A stretch of DNA of 53,439 nucleotides, the filler included, from Sluysia triapertura (taxonomy: Eukaryota): assembly GCA_046118255.1 (NCBI GenBank). It is 4 parts of 4 records of this genome, joined end to end, with 100 filler letters (N's around TTAATTAATTAA, not from the genome) between each part and the next. Parts side by side here need not be neighbours in the genome. Positions count along the whole stretch, not along the records: positions 1 to 12,306 come from JBJNIA010121305.1; 3 more parts are not named here. One strand, written 5' to 3'. Position numbers and translations under genes: made by a program. Positions 1 to 12,406 of the stretch are shown piece by piece; the stretch's first letter is position 1, and the number at the start of each line of letters is the position of its first letter. The notes below the pieces were generated by a model. That model worked only from the letters and a program-made list of their open reading frames with translations. It ran no database searches and was not told the DNA's origin.

Positions 1-1538
1 TTTGTTCGCGATGTGTTTTATGTAGTCGATGGTGATAGTGAATGTGATGTACGATATATGTTATATGTTGTAGTGTGGTTAATGTTTGTGATGTAGTTGG
101 TGTAGTTGATGGCGATGATGCATGATATGTATGTCGTGTTAAAGTGTGACACTACAATGATATAGTAATAAATAATGGGATTCGTGTGGTGCGTTTTGGA
201 TTGTGCTTGAGTTGAGACGTTTGTGTACAGATAACATAATGTGATCGGGGTAAGTGGTTGAACCACCCCACGTACTTTTTCTTAATTAAATTAATTAAAA
301 TTTTAATTAATTAATCTATTTTTAGACTTAATATTATTTTATGTTTAAAGGTTTTATTAAGATTCTAAGATTATTTAGTACTTTAAGGCATTCAGGGGGC
401 TCTAGATATTTTCACCTTGACCACTCTGAGTACCTTTTCAACTTTCTTAGTAACTGCTTAGAGAAGTTAGAGGAACATCCTTTTCATGACATAAGACGTT
501 TAATATAACTGCACCTTATTCAATTTTACGTTGATGTAGGTTAGGATTTCAGAAAACTACAGCACTAGATTTATTATACCATTTACATTATCTTTGGCTG
601 AATTATCCCTTGCTAACTTGGAGCTCATTAAATTATTACTTTTTATTCTTCAATACAACAATAATAATATAACGTTAATGATTATTCTAAATGATTATTA
701 AAAACAAATCATTCAATATATTTCTTAAATATATATAATTTAATCTTCTTAAATATTTCATGATATTCGACCTTTTAGTAACTTCTTGTACATTTTTGAC
801 TTATATATGAATCACTCATATAATTATTATTATTGGGCAGTCTCTTTAGATTGTTATAAGACTTTCATTTCGTTTTCCACGTTTTAATTATTTCCAAGCC
901 ATAATTTCGATTTAATAACGTAATTATTTGTAAATTTATAATGGTAAACAGTGCAATCTTTGAAGGTAAGATTGTACATGTGATCTTTTTTCTTAACTAC
1001 TGATTCAATAGAATTGGAAATTTTATTTTATGGAATTAAGCATAATAAACCATTATTAAATTATTAGTTATTAATGATGCAAAATTAATTTTGGTGTATA
1101 TTTTATTTACTTTTTTAATTTAATTAGTTTATTATTGAATCAAAATATATTCAGACCGGTTCTAAGTAGCGTGCGGCCCGATTGCAACTCTTATTGTGAG
1201 GAACCCTATATATACATATATATAAAAACATTGTTTCATTTTTATATTTATTATAAAATTTGAATGCAAAATGTTATTAACAAAACTGATATAAATTAGA
1301 TAACAAAAAGGCTTAAGGGAAGCCAAAATATTCAGAGAAATATTTACTGTTTAATCACATAATATATGTAAAATCAACAAATACCTTCCTGGAAATTAAG
1401 TACACCTGCTGAAGAGTCGAATGCAAAATATATCTTATGTATTCATTATAGCTTATTTAACATATTTTTTAAAAGGGCCTCACATTGAAAGTTAAGTTAT
1501 AACATAATTTAAAGTATTTAACAAATTTTATTAATAAG

Positions 1539-2568
1539 TGTCGGGACGCAGGCCTAAAGTGCCATAAAATAATAATAGCGTAATTAACTATAATAAAACA
1601 AAATTGTTAGACGGGGCTGATAGCTCAGTGGGTAGCCGCTGGTGTGGATTTGAGAAAGAATCTATTTCTCATGTCCTTTGTTTGTGTTCTCACACTCGCA
1701 TCGGGCAAAATGTGAGACACAATAAACTTCTTGAGATTCTTTCTCGTAATGGTGTTTCCGTAAAAAAGAATTCTCAAATGCCGATTATTAGGGACACTGG
1801 GGGCCCAGATAATCAAGCCCGGGGTACTAATTCGCCACAACCTTTTCTTATTGATATTAAGTCTCCAATTGATATATGTGAAAACTTTAAATCTGCGAGG
1901 AACCTTATCTTGTCTAAATATGAAGATCTGCGTGGAAAATTGCAAGTGCAACTTTAGTGTCAGGTTTCCCTCGATATCTTTGTGGTGGGTGCCACTGGTT
2001 CTTGCGATCCTGATAATGACCCTCTTCTTCAATCTTTCGGCTTTTGCAAGGCAGAAATTAAGACTCTAGCTCGTCAGTATGCTCAGCTTTGTCTAGAGTT
2101 TTCTTTTAATATTTATAAAGACCACACCCTCCAGTTTCCTGACTAACTAATTTATTTCCTATTGTATGTTTGAAAGTTTTCTCAAATTATTATATTTCTA
2201 TTTCTTCTTTTCTACCATCTCTTCATGTTCTGTTTTTACTTTCACTTTTCATTTTTCAACTTTCTTTCTTCTCCTTCCTCACTAACCATTCCCTCATTTC
2301 AAATATTTTTCTATCTTCACAAACTGGAAGCCACCACGTCACAATGGTCCAATCCAGAACAATTCAGACTATTCCAACCAATTCAACGAAGTGGCATTAA
2401 CTTTGAATTTTACAAATTAACATTATTTTGATTCCATTTTTTAATTCCCTTTGATTATTTATACTTTGTACCATGTGTTAAAAATAAAAGTTTTCAATTC
2501 AATTCATCGAACTGCGCAGCGAGATGGCCCAGGTTCGATTCCCTAGCAGTCCATTTTATGATGTCTAA
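1539..2568 (+). mobile_element. tRNA-containing TG...CA element (Helenus/TRIM-like solo LTR), copy 1, interrupted by an RLE retrotransposon
   Basis: Starts TGTCGGG..GGCCTAAAGTGCCAT like the other four copies. tRNA 5' half at 1614-1635 (GGGCTGATAGCTCAGTGGGTAG) and 3' half at 2505-2553 (CATCGAACTGCGCAGCGAG...GGTTCGATTCC...CAGTCCA), then TTTT and GTCTAA. Terminal CA and right TSD are not recognisable. Confidence 0.8.
1636..2504 (+). mobile_element. 5'-truncated non-LTR retrotransposon with restriction-like endonuclease (NeSL/Utopia-like clade)
   Basis: Frame 1634-2146 (one in-frame TAG at 1955-1957) reads RWCGFEKESISHVLCLC (CCHC knuckle, first Cys lost at the junction), RHN, PD, IDIKSP, KY, then IFVVGATGSCDPDN...FSFNIYKDH. 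This is the RLE C-terminus typical of NeSL/Utopia/R2-type elements. Followed by a ~360-bp 3' UTR ending AATAAA + TTCAATTCAATTCA. Confidence 0.85.
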
Positions 2569-3288
2569 TTGATTCTAAGCATTCTAATTGATTGCACTTC
2601 GAGTTCGGCTTAGATTGGGCCTAATCTGTTCAAATCCAGCCTTACATATGTTGGGATTGGTGAAGAATAATGGTAGATGTAAGGATCAAAACTAAGGATA
2701 ACAGAATAGGTTCAACATTATTAAAGAATTAAGATGAAGCATTATGATGAACTGCAATGGTAAGATAAGCATATAAAATATTTAAATCGAAATAAAATAA
2801 TGAAATATACGAAGAAAAAACTCTGTAAAAGGTTTTATTTCTTAAAATACTAAAGTATATTTGTTAATTAACTTAATTAAAATTTATTTAATTTAATAAC
2901 TCAATGGAAATGTTTCCTCATACTATAATAATATTAAATTTAGTGTATAATGTTGAGTTTTATTATTGGTTTTAATGAAGTATTGCGAAGCACATCAATG
3001 TGGATAAGGTAAAAATTAGTTATTTTAATTAATTCTGTAATATAAAATTAAAGATTAAATATGTTCTAATGTCTAAGTATCGATAAAGCATATCAAATTA
3101 ATGCTTATAAAGATACTAATTCAAATGTTATTCAACTTGACATGCGACCTATGGTTGACGCACGTATTAATGCAAAATACTCCTCAGAGAAATGTATTTA
3201 TTATTTTATAAATTATATTTCAAATTAAGTTGACAAATTACGTTATTAATTACGACAAATTACGCAATATAACAATAATTTTAAATTT

Positions 3289-3928
3289 TGATTAGGTGAA
3301 ATTAAGAAGATAAGTGGATTGTTGACCACAAATCCTATTGTCATAAGATAATTAAAATTAGATTGAATTTGAACGTAGACGGAAATTACTGCTGAATTTC
3401 AATCAGTAAAATTAGTCGGCTTATTGCCGACTATAAGAGAATAGACGGCTTTAATTTACGTCTTGTTCAGTTCTTGATTTTGATTTCCTACATCATAAAA
3501 CTGCTATATAAGCAGTTACACTTTTGCATAAAATTAGAAAATAAAACAGAGATAGAAGTTAGATTTGAGGGACGCAATCTTGATACATCTGTGGTTAACG
3601 GTGATATCAAGGCTTATTCTTTAGTAATTGACTAACATAAATATTTAGGATTCGAGGACCTAGGGTTAGTGATTTATTTTATATTGAATATATTTTGCGT
3701 TAATACGGGTGCAAAGATTTATGTTGCGTATTTTATTTTTTTAGAGAGTGATTTACGTTTTTATAGAGTAATTTGTAACATTGTTATAAAGAATAATTTG
3801 TATTTTGTTATAAAGAGTACTTTGTATTGTCGTCGTAAAGAATAATTTATATCTTTTATTGTAATTTTGTGATTATTCAGAATATATCGAGATTCTGAAT
3901 TTGTTTAGTTATTGGGTTTTGATTAACA
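3289..3928 (+). mobile_element. Probable solo LTR (~640 bp)
   Basis: TG...TTAACA ends flanked by ATTT on both sides (3285-3288, 3929-3932). Internal TATATAAG (~3506) followed by AATAAA and short internal repeats. The TSD is low-complexity, so the match could be chance. Confidence 0.4.
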
Positions 3929-4556
3929 ATTTATAAACTAAAAACGTATAAAAGACACAACAATAGTAATGATTAACATAAAGAAGTAGAAAAAGGAATT
4001 AGAGAGGTGAAAGTGAAAAAATCTTGAGCCTCCTGAATACCTTATAAATTACTAAATAGTTTTAGAATAAGATTAAGTCTAAATACAAAACATATATATC
4101 GTGTTAGTTTCACTTCTAACATCTAATTATTTACCATTAGCTTTGCTTCACTTTTTATTGAAAATTCTAATTTTTCTTTATTGACTTTCAAATATTCAAT
4201 ATATTACGAAAAATTTTCATTTGTCGTACTTTTATTGTGCATATGTGTACTCAAACATATGCCTACTTAAATTTATTTAATTAAAAATTATTATCTCCGG
4301 TATTTGCTGAGACACATTTCGATATCCACTACAAAATTACTTAATTTCAATTTTAATATAAATTTTTCGAATTTATTTTAGATAATTCCGGTAAGCTTTT
4401 ATTGGTTTCCTTATGTACAAGATACAAAATATGTATATGTACAAGAACAATCTCATTCTAAATTTTAAGCAGAAGAAAATTTTAGTTAAATACATTATTA
4501 GCCTATTTATAAACCATAACAAAATAAAAACTCAGTTTCCTAAAATCCCAAATTAA

Positions 4557-4652
4557 CTCATAACTGGCCGCTAAAAATTCTTAATCGACTGTTTGATGGC
4601 CACACAAATTTATTGTCAAAAACATACTACTACGTCAGCGGCCAATAATGAG
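4557..4652. mobile_element. 96-bp TTAA-flanked MITE (piggyBac-like)
   Basis: TTAA|CTCATAACTGGCCGCT ... AGCGGCCAATAATGAG|TTAA: 16-bp TIRs with 2 mismatches and a TTAA TSD. Confidence 0.7.
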
Positions 4653-6479
4653 TTAAATTATTTTAGTAGTTGGAGCTTTTAGTTTATTTTTTGAAGGTCA
4701 TTCAGCATTATTATTTAAGATGGCTTATAATTGCTACAAATTGATAATATCTATAGGTGTATAAATAATGGTTATACCACTTTTTAAATTAATATTGCTG
4801 TCGTTAATAAATAACCTTAACTAAATACCAAACTTTCAGACAGACAAACGACTTAAACCGCCACTGCTCCCAGTAAAACGATCATATTCACCGTATTCCC
4901 GATCAACTTATATTTAGAAACTTAATCCGGTAAACTGTCCAATATTATATTATATTTTACCTAATGCACAATAATAACCAACAATAAGACACAAATACAA
5001 TAAAGAAAATTCAATATATTCAATAAACTTATTTAGGTCAAATATATATATTAAAAAATTACGTTTCAAAAAATTCGTAAAACAATTTCGTTGTTAATAA
5101 TAAAATATTGATATATATTAATAAATAATTTAAATTTTATATTGATATTTTAGATATATTTGGTCAATGCTTTCCTTTTTGAGTATTCCAATTTGTAGAA
5201 AAATCAGAACATTTGATTTTAAAAAATTAGAAATTGAAATTTTCAATAAGTAGTGAACAAAATAAAAATACTAATAAATTTATCTGTTGCTTATAACTTT
5301 CAAAATCGATTATATCGATTAAGTTATACATGATTTGATTCGCTCTATTTGTATTTCATATTAATTGTTGAAAAAGCCGATAACATTATTCGGAAATTTA
5401 TTTGTACCAATTTTCCAAAATTGAAATACTTTTTCGTTAAATATTTTTCTAACCGCAAAAATATCTTATTTGATGTATTTTTCAATCATTGATAAATTAT
5501 TTGATAACTCTACAAAAAAAGATTCTTATAAAACGAAAAATATTTTATAAAATTTTTTTAAAGATTTTAATATTTTAATATAATTCTTTAACAAATCACT
5601 TGAAAGGTAAACACGATATTTAGAGTAGACTTATATTTCTCGAATATGAAAACATATGAAAAATCTGCTAAATTTGTAAACCATCTGAATTCGAAAGTTC
5701 TGTAGCCTAACATATTCAAAAGCTGTTTTCAATTAACCGGAACTTCTGCTACAGTTCAGTGTTATCTTTTCTTGAAATACTAACTATAGTTCATATAATT
5801 AAAGCCATTAGTAAATTGGAAGTTTCTTTTTTATAGATACAAACCAATATATTTAAGATTAAACAAAAATGATTGATCAGAAGAGAAATGCAATCATTTA
5901 TTCTGATATTATTTAGAAAATTATAGATAAAAATGAATTACGATCTTGATAATAAAATTTATAAGAATCGAAGCGGATGATGAAGCAACATTTCAGCGCT
6001 ACTAAGTTCCCAATAGACAAAATATAAAGTATTTGATAAATAAGGCACATGGTGTTTCAGTTCTGTCTATTTCAGATATTCTTAAGGAAAACGAATGATC
6101 GATAATAGATATTGAGAACTGACTGCGCACCAGCGCTTTTATTTTCTTTCTTTTCATTGGCATGTCATTACAATAGGTTCTACAATAGGTACTTCTTTGT
6201 GTACACCGTGTCATGTAAAGATGAAAAGATATATTGTTGAAAACTTTTGGAGAAAATTGCATTATCAATTCTCGACAAAATTTCTGATTGTGTGATAAAA
6301 ATCCATATACCGACATATCAAAAAACGAAACGAATGCACTTGTGTATCAAAAGAAAGATATAAATAGGACATTCATTAAGTCACTGGAGGGTTTTAAAAT
6401 ATAAAACAAAAACTATAATAAATAATCTCCCTGTTTTAGTTTAATAAAACAATAAGAATTTCATGGAGTGTTGTTTAGT

Positions 6480-6960
6480 TAATTCAATGTCCAACAAATA
6501 TTTTTGACGCTCATTTCAAACTGGTTGCCAAACTTATATCAGGACAACTAACAGTGTTTACAACTTGTGCAGCTTGTAAACCTTTTATGGTCACAAACAA
6601 ATATACAAGTGTAAAAACTTGAAAAAAATTGTTTTTACAAAAATTCTACTTTATTTAATAATTTGTTATGTTTATTTCCCAACTAATAAATTTATTGATA
6701 GCTACTTCTGATTATACAAAACTACACTGCTTACACTGATGTTTCAGATAAACTCATCAATATCACATGATCCCGTTATCTCTAATACGAAATAGAATTT
6801 GCAGAACTGAATAACCAACCTTTGCAAATTTACAGAAAATTGTGTCCCGTTTTTTAGTATTTTTATACTTTCATCTATTTGTGTGATTCATGATTTGTTT
6901 TCTTTTTGCTTCATGGTGTGCAAATAAGAAAAAGGATATCGAGTCCTGTTGGTTTTTATA
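6480..6960 (-). pseudogene. Possible highly degenerate Gypsy-type reverse transcriptase remnant
   Basis: Minus-strand fragments IDESIKILKNGTQFSV / AKVGYS and FVGH*I resemble RT motifs (IDELLDxLxGAKxFSxxDxxxGY; FLGHxI). Many stops and frameshifts. Confidence 0.25.
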
Positions 6961-8346
6961 CATGTAAATGATTATTTATGACAAAATGTGTCTATTTATC
7001 TTGAAATAATAAAACTTAGATAAACAATAATGGCAAAGCGAATAGCTACATATAATGTATTAAGAATACAACTTATGAATAGGTAGTAAGAATGCCTTGC
7101 TTAGTTTGTATACATGTTTGCAAAAATATATTACATTAAATGATAGAAATGTTAGTTAAAAAAATTATCTTCGTTTTATATTTATTTAAAACCAAACAAT
7201 GACTTAAGAATTTATAAAACAGTGAAACCATAAAAACAATAATTTCACAAATATTCTATATTGAATTTTATATTAATGTATTTGAAAGATCATTGTGGAG
7301 ATGCTGAATTTAAATTGACACCTAATGAACTTGATTAAAAATGTAACATATCACCAAACTATTTAATATAAGTGTTTTCTATAAATTCATAAACATAGAA
7401 AAATAAAAACATAATTATCGATTTCGCCTAATTTAAAAATTTAAATTTACATCTTAGCATCTTTTATAGTTACAAAACTTCCTTTTATATATTAAGTTTT
7501 CTTTATAAAATCAATCATTATTATAAAAAAAATGTATACAGAATTAATAAATTTGTTGCATAATTTTTGAATGGAACTTGATAAAAATTAAATAAACAAT
7601 ACAAAGAGATCACATTAGACAAATATTTTCATAAAATCTTCTGATTATTATTGTTATTTATGTACACATTTATCGTATTTTATTTCATGTTTATTTGACT
7701 ACCCGAAATACATAAATATTAAATTAACGCACACATTTTTGGAAAGAAAAACCGCAAAAAATCAATTTTTATTAAAAAAACACATTTTAGAACCTTGTTT
7801 TGGCAAAAAACACGAAAAAAATGAAAATTTTTAATAACAATTTTGGATTTTGATCCACATTACAGATAAGAGCCGAATATTGCAATCTTCCATGTACATC
7901 GACTTTTATTATTTTTCTTTTCGAAATGCTGTTTCGAAAAATCGTATTTTTATCAGTAAAATTATTTATTTGTACTTTTTCAACAGAAATTATAATAGTA
8001 TTAGTAGTATTTATTTAAAAAAAGTTAAATAATAATAAAACGACCTCATTCCAATTAACTCCAGCGTGCACGTTAAGGGCTCAAATGAAATATAAGAATC
8101 AACTTGATATGTTATATGCAAATATTAAGTAAATACTTTATATTGATTATAGAAAGTAGATAATTATAAATAAACAAGTTAATGACTAGAAAATTTCGGA
8201 ATAATTTAATTGTTCGATAGATTATTTTTATCAAATTCCAATTTGTACATTTTCACAACCGAATACTTATGCAGACGCTAAAAACACGCACAACAATAAC
8301 ACTGAGAGATAAAGAGAGAAATAGTTAAAAATAATGATTTCTTACA

Positions 8347-9340
8347 TTAATCGCCATGTATCTCTTCCATTTTGAGACTTCTAGGATAGAATTTCTTTAC
8401 ATGATGATAATATTCTTGCAAGTCTTGTCCGACATTGTTAGTTTCAACTCGAATAGCTTTTTCTAATTCATTTTGACGTTCCTCGACATTCATGTTCAAC
8501 AGAGAAGGATTCTGAGATAAGTTACGCCGAATGCGTGATTTTAAACTGGAAAAGAAACTCTCAATTGGGTTCAAGAACGGACTGTAAGGTGGTAAATAAA
8601 CGACTTCATGTAGTTCAAAGTTTATTTTGATATCATGATGAAAGCGAGCATTATCTTGAATGATATAAAATTTAGATTTCGGTAAAATATTCGACAATTC
8701 AGTCATAAATTCCTGATAAATTGAATTAATTACTGCCACGCGACAGATTTTATAATGAATGACTTTATATTTCGATATTGCCATTATAACATTAATATTT
8801 GGACCGCATTTGGCTGGTATTGGCACATTGACACGTTCGCCACGCTTGCACCACGCCTTTTGACGTCTCATCCACAAATTGACAGTAAACTCATCAACAT
8901 ATATACACTGTTTACTACGCCAACCTTCTTCAAATATTCGATTAACAAAATCATGTCGTAATTGTTTGACACGTTCGGTATTTTTATCAACAACTGATAA
9001 GCGGACGTTTTTAAATGTAATAAACTGTCGTTGTAAAAACCTGGATATTGTATTAACAGAAATATCGACATTGTGAGTATGGAGAAAATTTTTCATGTCT
9101 CGTAAAGTGGCATCCCAGTTTTTATCAAGATAATTTAAAATCAATTCGCCGATTTCTTTGTTTACTAGAAGCGGTTTTTGACCGCCTTTTTTACCCTTTG
9201 ATAAAATACCAAATTTGGTATACATGTAGATAATTCCTTTGACTGTATTTCGTGGTATATCAATCATCCGACCTAGATCGTAAGGATCATCACCGTTTTC
9301 GTAGGCGTTGACTATCCGCTCTTTGTCTTTTAATGATATT
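8347..9340 (-). CDS. IS630/Tc1/mariner-superfamily DDE transposase (DD30E), main coding exon
   Basis: Intact ORF with HTH region (DATLRDMKNFL...ISVNTISRFL) and triad IYVDEF / IIQDNARFH / LPPYSPFLNPIE; 30 residues lie between the second D and the E. The frame stays open upstream of the annotated Met to 9340 (ISLKDKERIVNAYENG...), where a TTTAG acceptor sits just downstream of an in-frame TAA. Confidence 0.9.
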
Positions 9341-9602
9341 CTAAATACAATTTATATGGAATTATTTGGAAATTATTTCAGAAATTTATATTTTTATCGA
9401 TTTTTTTAGAAATGTAAAGTAAATATTTGATATACAAGTGTATAAGGGATATTAAGAATTCCAGAATCAAATTATTTAAATAAAAAAAAGTAGAGTAATT
9501 CAATTGGTTGAAATTGGTTGGCCAAATAAAAAGAGAAATTAAGGAAAACCAAATTTACACATCCTAAATACTAGAGTTGTGATAAAACTTTTGGCACCTT
9601 AC

Positions 9603-9625
9603 CTATTATTGCACAATGTGAACAT
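9603..9625 (-). CDS. Candidate 23-nt upstream exon of the transposase (MFTLCNN-R)
   Basis: TTCTCCTAG|ATGTTCACATTGTGCAATAATAG|GTAAGG on the minus strand. A phase-2 join to 9340 gives in-frame MFTLCNNRISLKDK. Confidence 0.35.
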
Positions 9626-10214
9626 CTAGGAGAACCAATTAATACCAATGGTTGGAAAGTCATCGTATTAATTAGCATGTTACAAAATACATTTTACGAA
9701 ACTACCTAACAAATACAATGAAAAGAAGTCGGGAAATTCTAAATAAAAATTTCATTCATTTAAAGCTACAAATGACGAATTTATTTCAACTTACCTTCAA
9801 GAATATATAGGTAAGTGCTCCCATTTGACAACATAGTTTATTGGATGTTTTATTTCTGCTTATAATTTTACTTTAATATTTGTTTTATTCAACTTAATAA
9901 TGTAACTCGAAAATCGTCAACATCGCCATTACATAATCATATTTCAAACTACTTTTACCAACTTTCTTTCAATTTACGGAGCTGGGATAATTTGATACTT
10001 TAGTCTTTACACTTGTCACAAAATTATAAACCAAATGTATAATATCGGGAGTACTTTTGACTTGTCTCGCGATCGTCGGAAATGGAAGTGCTAAATTTAG
10101 TGTAAACATAATATTCACTCATTTTCTTCTAAAATCATTTCCTTTTTTAATTCCGAATTAAAATTTTATTTAATTTAAAATCTTTCTAAAATAAATTATT
10201 TTGAAAAAATTAAA

Positions 10215-10763
10215 ATCATTATTAAGATTATAATATGCTTTACATCAATTTAAAGCAAGATTTAATAGAGTTAATATAAATTCAAAATTTAATAACAAAT
10301 AGTAACTCGTTTTAAGTAGAAATTAAATAAATAATCATCTTAAATTAAGAATCCATAAAAGAGAATCTAAAATCAAAATTTAAAAGCACATAATTAATGA
10401 GAAATAAGTTCAATGCGTTAAATCATGTTAAATTGAGATTTAATAAAACTAGTAAACAATTAGAAATTAGTAACATTATTCTTAGCACTTTTTATCAGAA
10501 ACAAATACACATTTAGTTGATCGTGTTTCAGCATATCACATGATATAATACTGTTTCTATAAACAAGGAGATATTTCATTATATATTGTAATTAACATTG
10601 ATTCACTTAAAATATAAAAATGAAAAATTTGGTAAGCTTTTTTGTAATGAAATATGAATGGCAGTTAATAAGGCTAATTCAGATTTCATTGGTTTGGCAA
10701 TTGGACAAAATTAATAAATATTGGACAAGATCTTATTTATTTTGGCAATAGAGATGATTAGAA

Positions 10764-10830
<67 letters not shown>

Positions 10831-11230
10831 AATATAAAAATCATTTTAATGTTAATAATCATAATGTTTTACAGAATAATTATTTTAAATTGAGATTACG
10901 TAGAGGTAATAAAAAATCTAAATTTAGTAATAAATAATAATCATTTTAAATTGAGATTGTATAGAAATCAAAATTTATAAACATTAAAATCTAATATCAC
11001 AGCTAATTAAATAAATAAAAACATTTTAAACTGAGATTAAATAGAAATAATATGAAATGAAATTTTAAGAGCATAATATTCGATCAAAATCATCTGAAAA
11101 CAAGATTTAGAATATTCTGTAAATAAAATAAAATGTAAAAATAGGACTAGATAGAAACAATATGTAATTAAAATTGTAAAACATTATAGTCGATCAAAAT
11201 TAATTTAAATTAAAGATTAGACATAATAGA
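10215..11230 (+). repeat. Degenerate ~60-70-bp tandem repeat array, interrupted by (ATT)n
   Basis: Recurring core AATCATTTTAAATTGAGATTA...AGAAA...AAAATTT at ~10333, 10421, 10880, 10940, 11020, 11088, 11198. A homologous array lies inverted at ~46370-46625. Confidence 0.6.
10766..10827. repeat. (ATT)n microsatellite
   Basis: About 20 perfect ATT units. Confidence 0.95.
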
Positions 11231-12306
11231 TAAAAAGAATTTAAATTACGATTACATCGTAATTTATTAAACAAAATTAATTTCAGACAAAAAATTGATT
11301 GCATGTAATAGAATTAATAATATTAAATTTTATATATTAGTATTGATTTTATAAAATTATCAATGTATTATCAATTAAATTTTGGATAATAATACTGATT
11401 TTATAGTATTATTAAATTTTATATATTAAAATTAATTTTTAAGTCAGACACAGAATTAATGTTATTATTTGTAATTAATTGATATACATATTCTTGCTTT
11501 AATAGACATTTTATTAGTTTTTGAGAAGGTATAATTGTCATCGGACTTAACTCTAATGCTCAATTATTGACCTTGATTTTGGTACTTGATTCGATATAGT
11601 GCCGATTAACAATTCTGACGTGATTTTAATCAACGATTGGAACTTTACGAATATGGTATTATTTAACAATTAGAAGGACAATTTGTTGAGTAAGGTAAAA
11701 TTTTAGTTTTGTCTGATTAAAATAAAATAAAATAAAAAATCTAAAATTTAAGTATATTGACAAACTCTATTATTCATTTTATTTCATTTGAGTAATTTAT
11801 TAAAATTATTGTCATTTAATTCTATTATTTTCTATAAGTAACAGGGAATCGAAAATTGAATTACGTATGGAGATTTACGATTGTATAAAATGAACCAATG
11901 GTTTAAGTTTTTATAAAGTGAAGTGAAATTTTTGTTTATAAGTTTAAAATAAGTAAAACAAAGTTGTTAACGTCTAGTTAAATTTAGAGTATAATGATAG
12001 GAACTTAAATAAATAAGATTTGCAAGATTTCAAAGAACAAGCTGTTCATTAAGCACTTCCATCTCGAACAACTGAGACGAGTATAAGACGATTCACGGCA
12101 TTATAGATAAGTATTTTAATATTAGCACATAATTATAGACACATACATAGTTAAAATGAGCTCAAAGTAGAGAGCAATTGCTGTAGTGGCCAACCCCATA
12201 ATTTAGGATCAAAATAAATCCTTTCAAAAAATAACATTAAACACAACCATACTCATTAACTATAACCATCACACAATCCATCACATAAAACAACAATACA
12301 CAATCA

Positions 12307-12406
12307 NNNNNNNNNNNNNNNNNNNNNNNNNNNNNNNNNNNNNNNNNNNNTTAATTAATTAANNNNNNNNNNNNNNNNNNNNNNNNNNNNNNNNNNNNNN
12401 NNNNNN
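12307..12406. other. Artificial scaffold linker
   Basis: 44 N + TTAATTAATTAA (stops in all six frames) + 44 N = 100 bp; identical structure occurs three times. Confidence 0.95.

Noticed and set aside
1625-2069. ORFs 1625-2032 (-) and 1851-2069 (+)
   Set aside because: Shadow frames of the RLE coding sequence with no motifs of their own.
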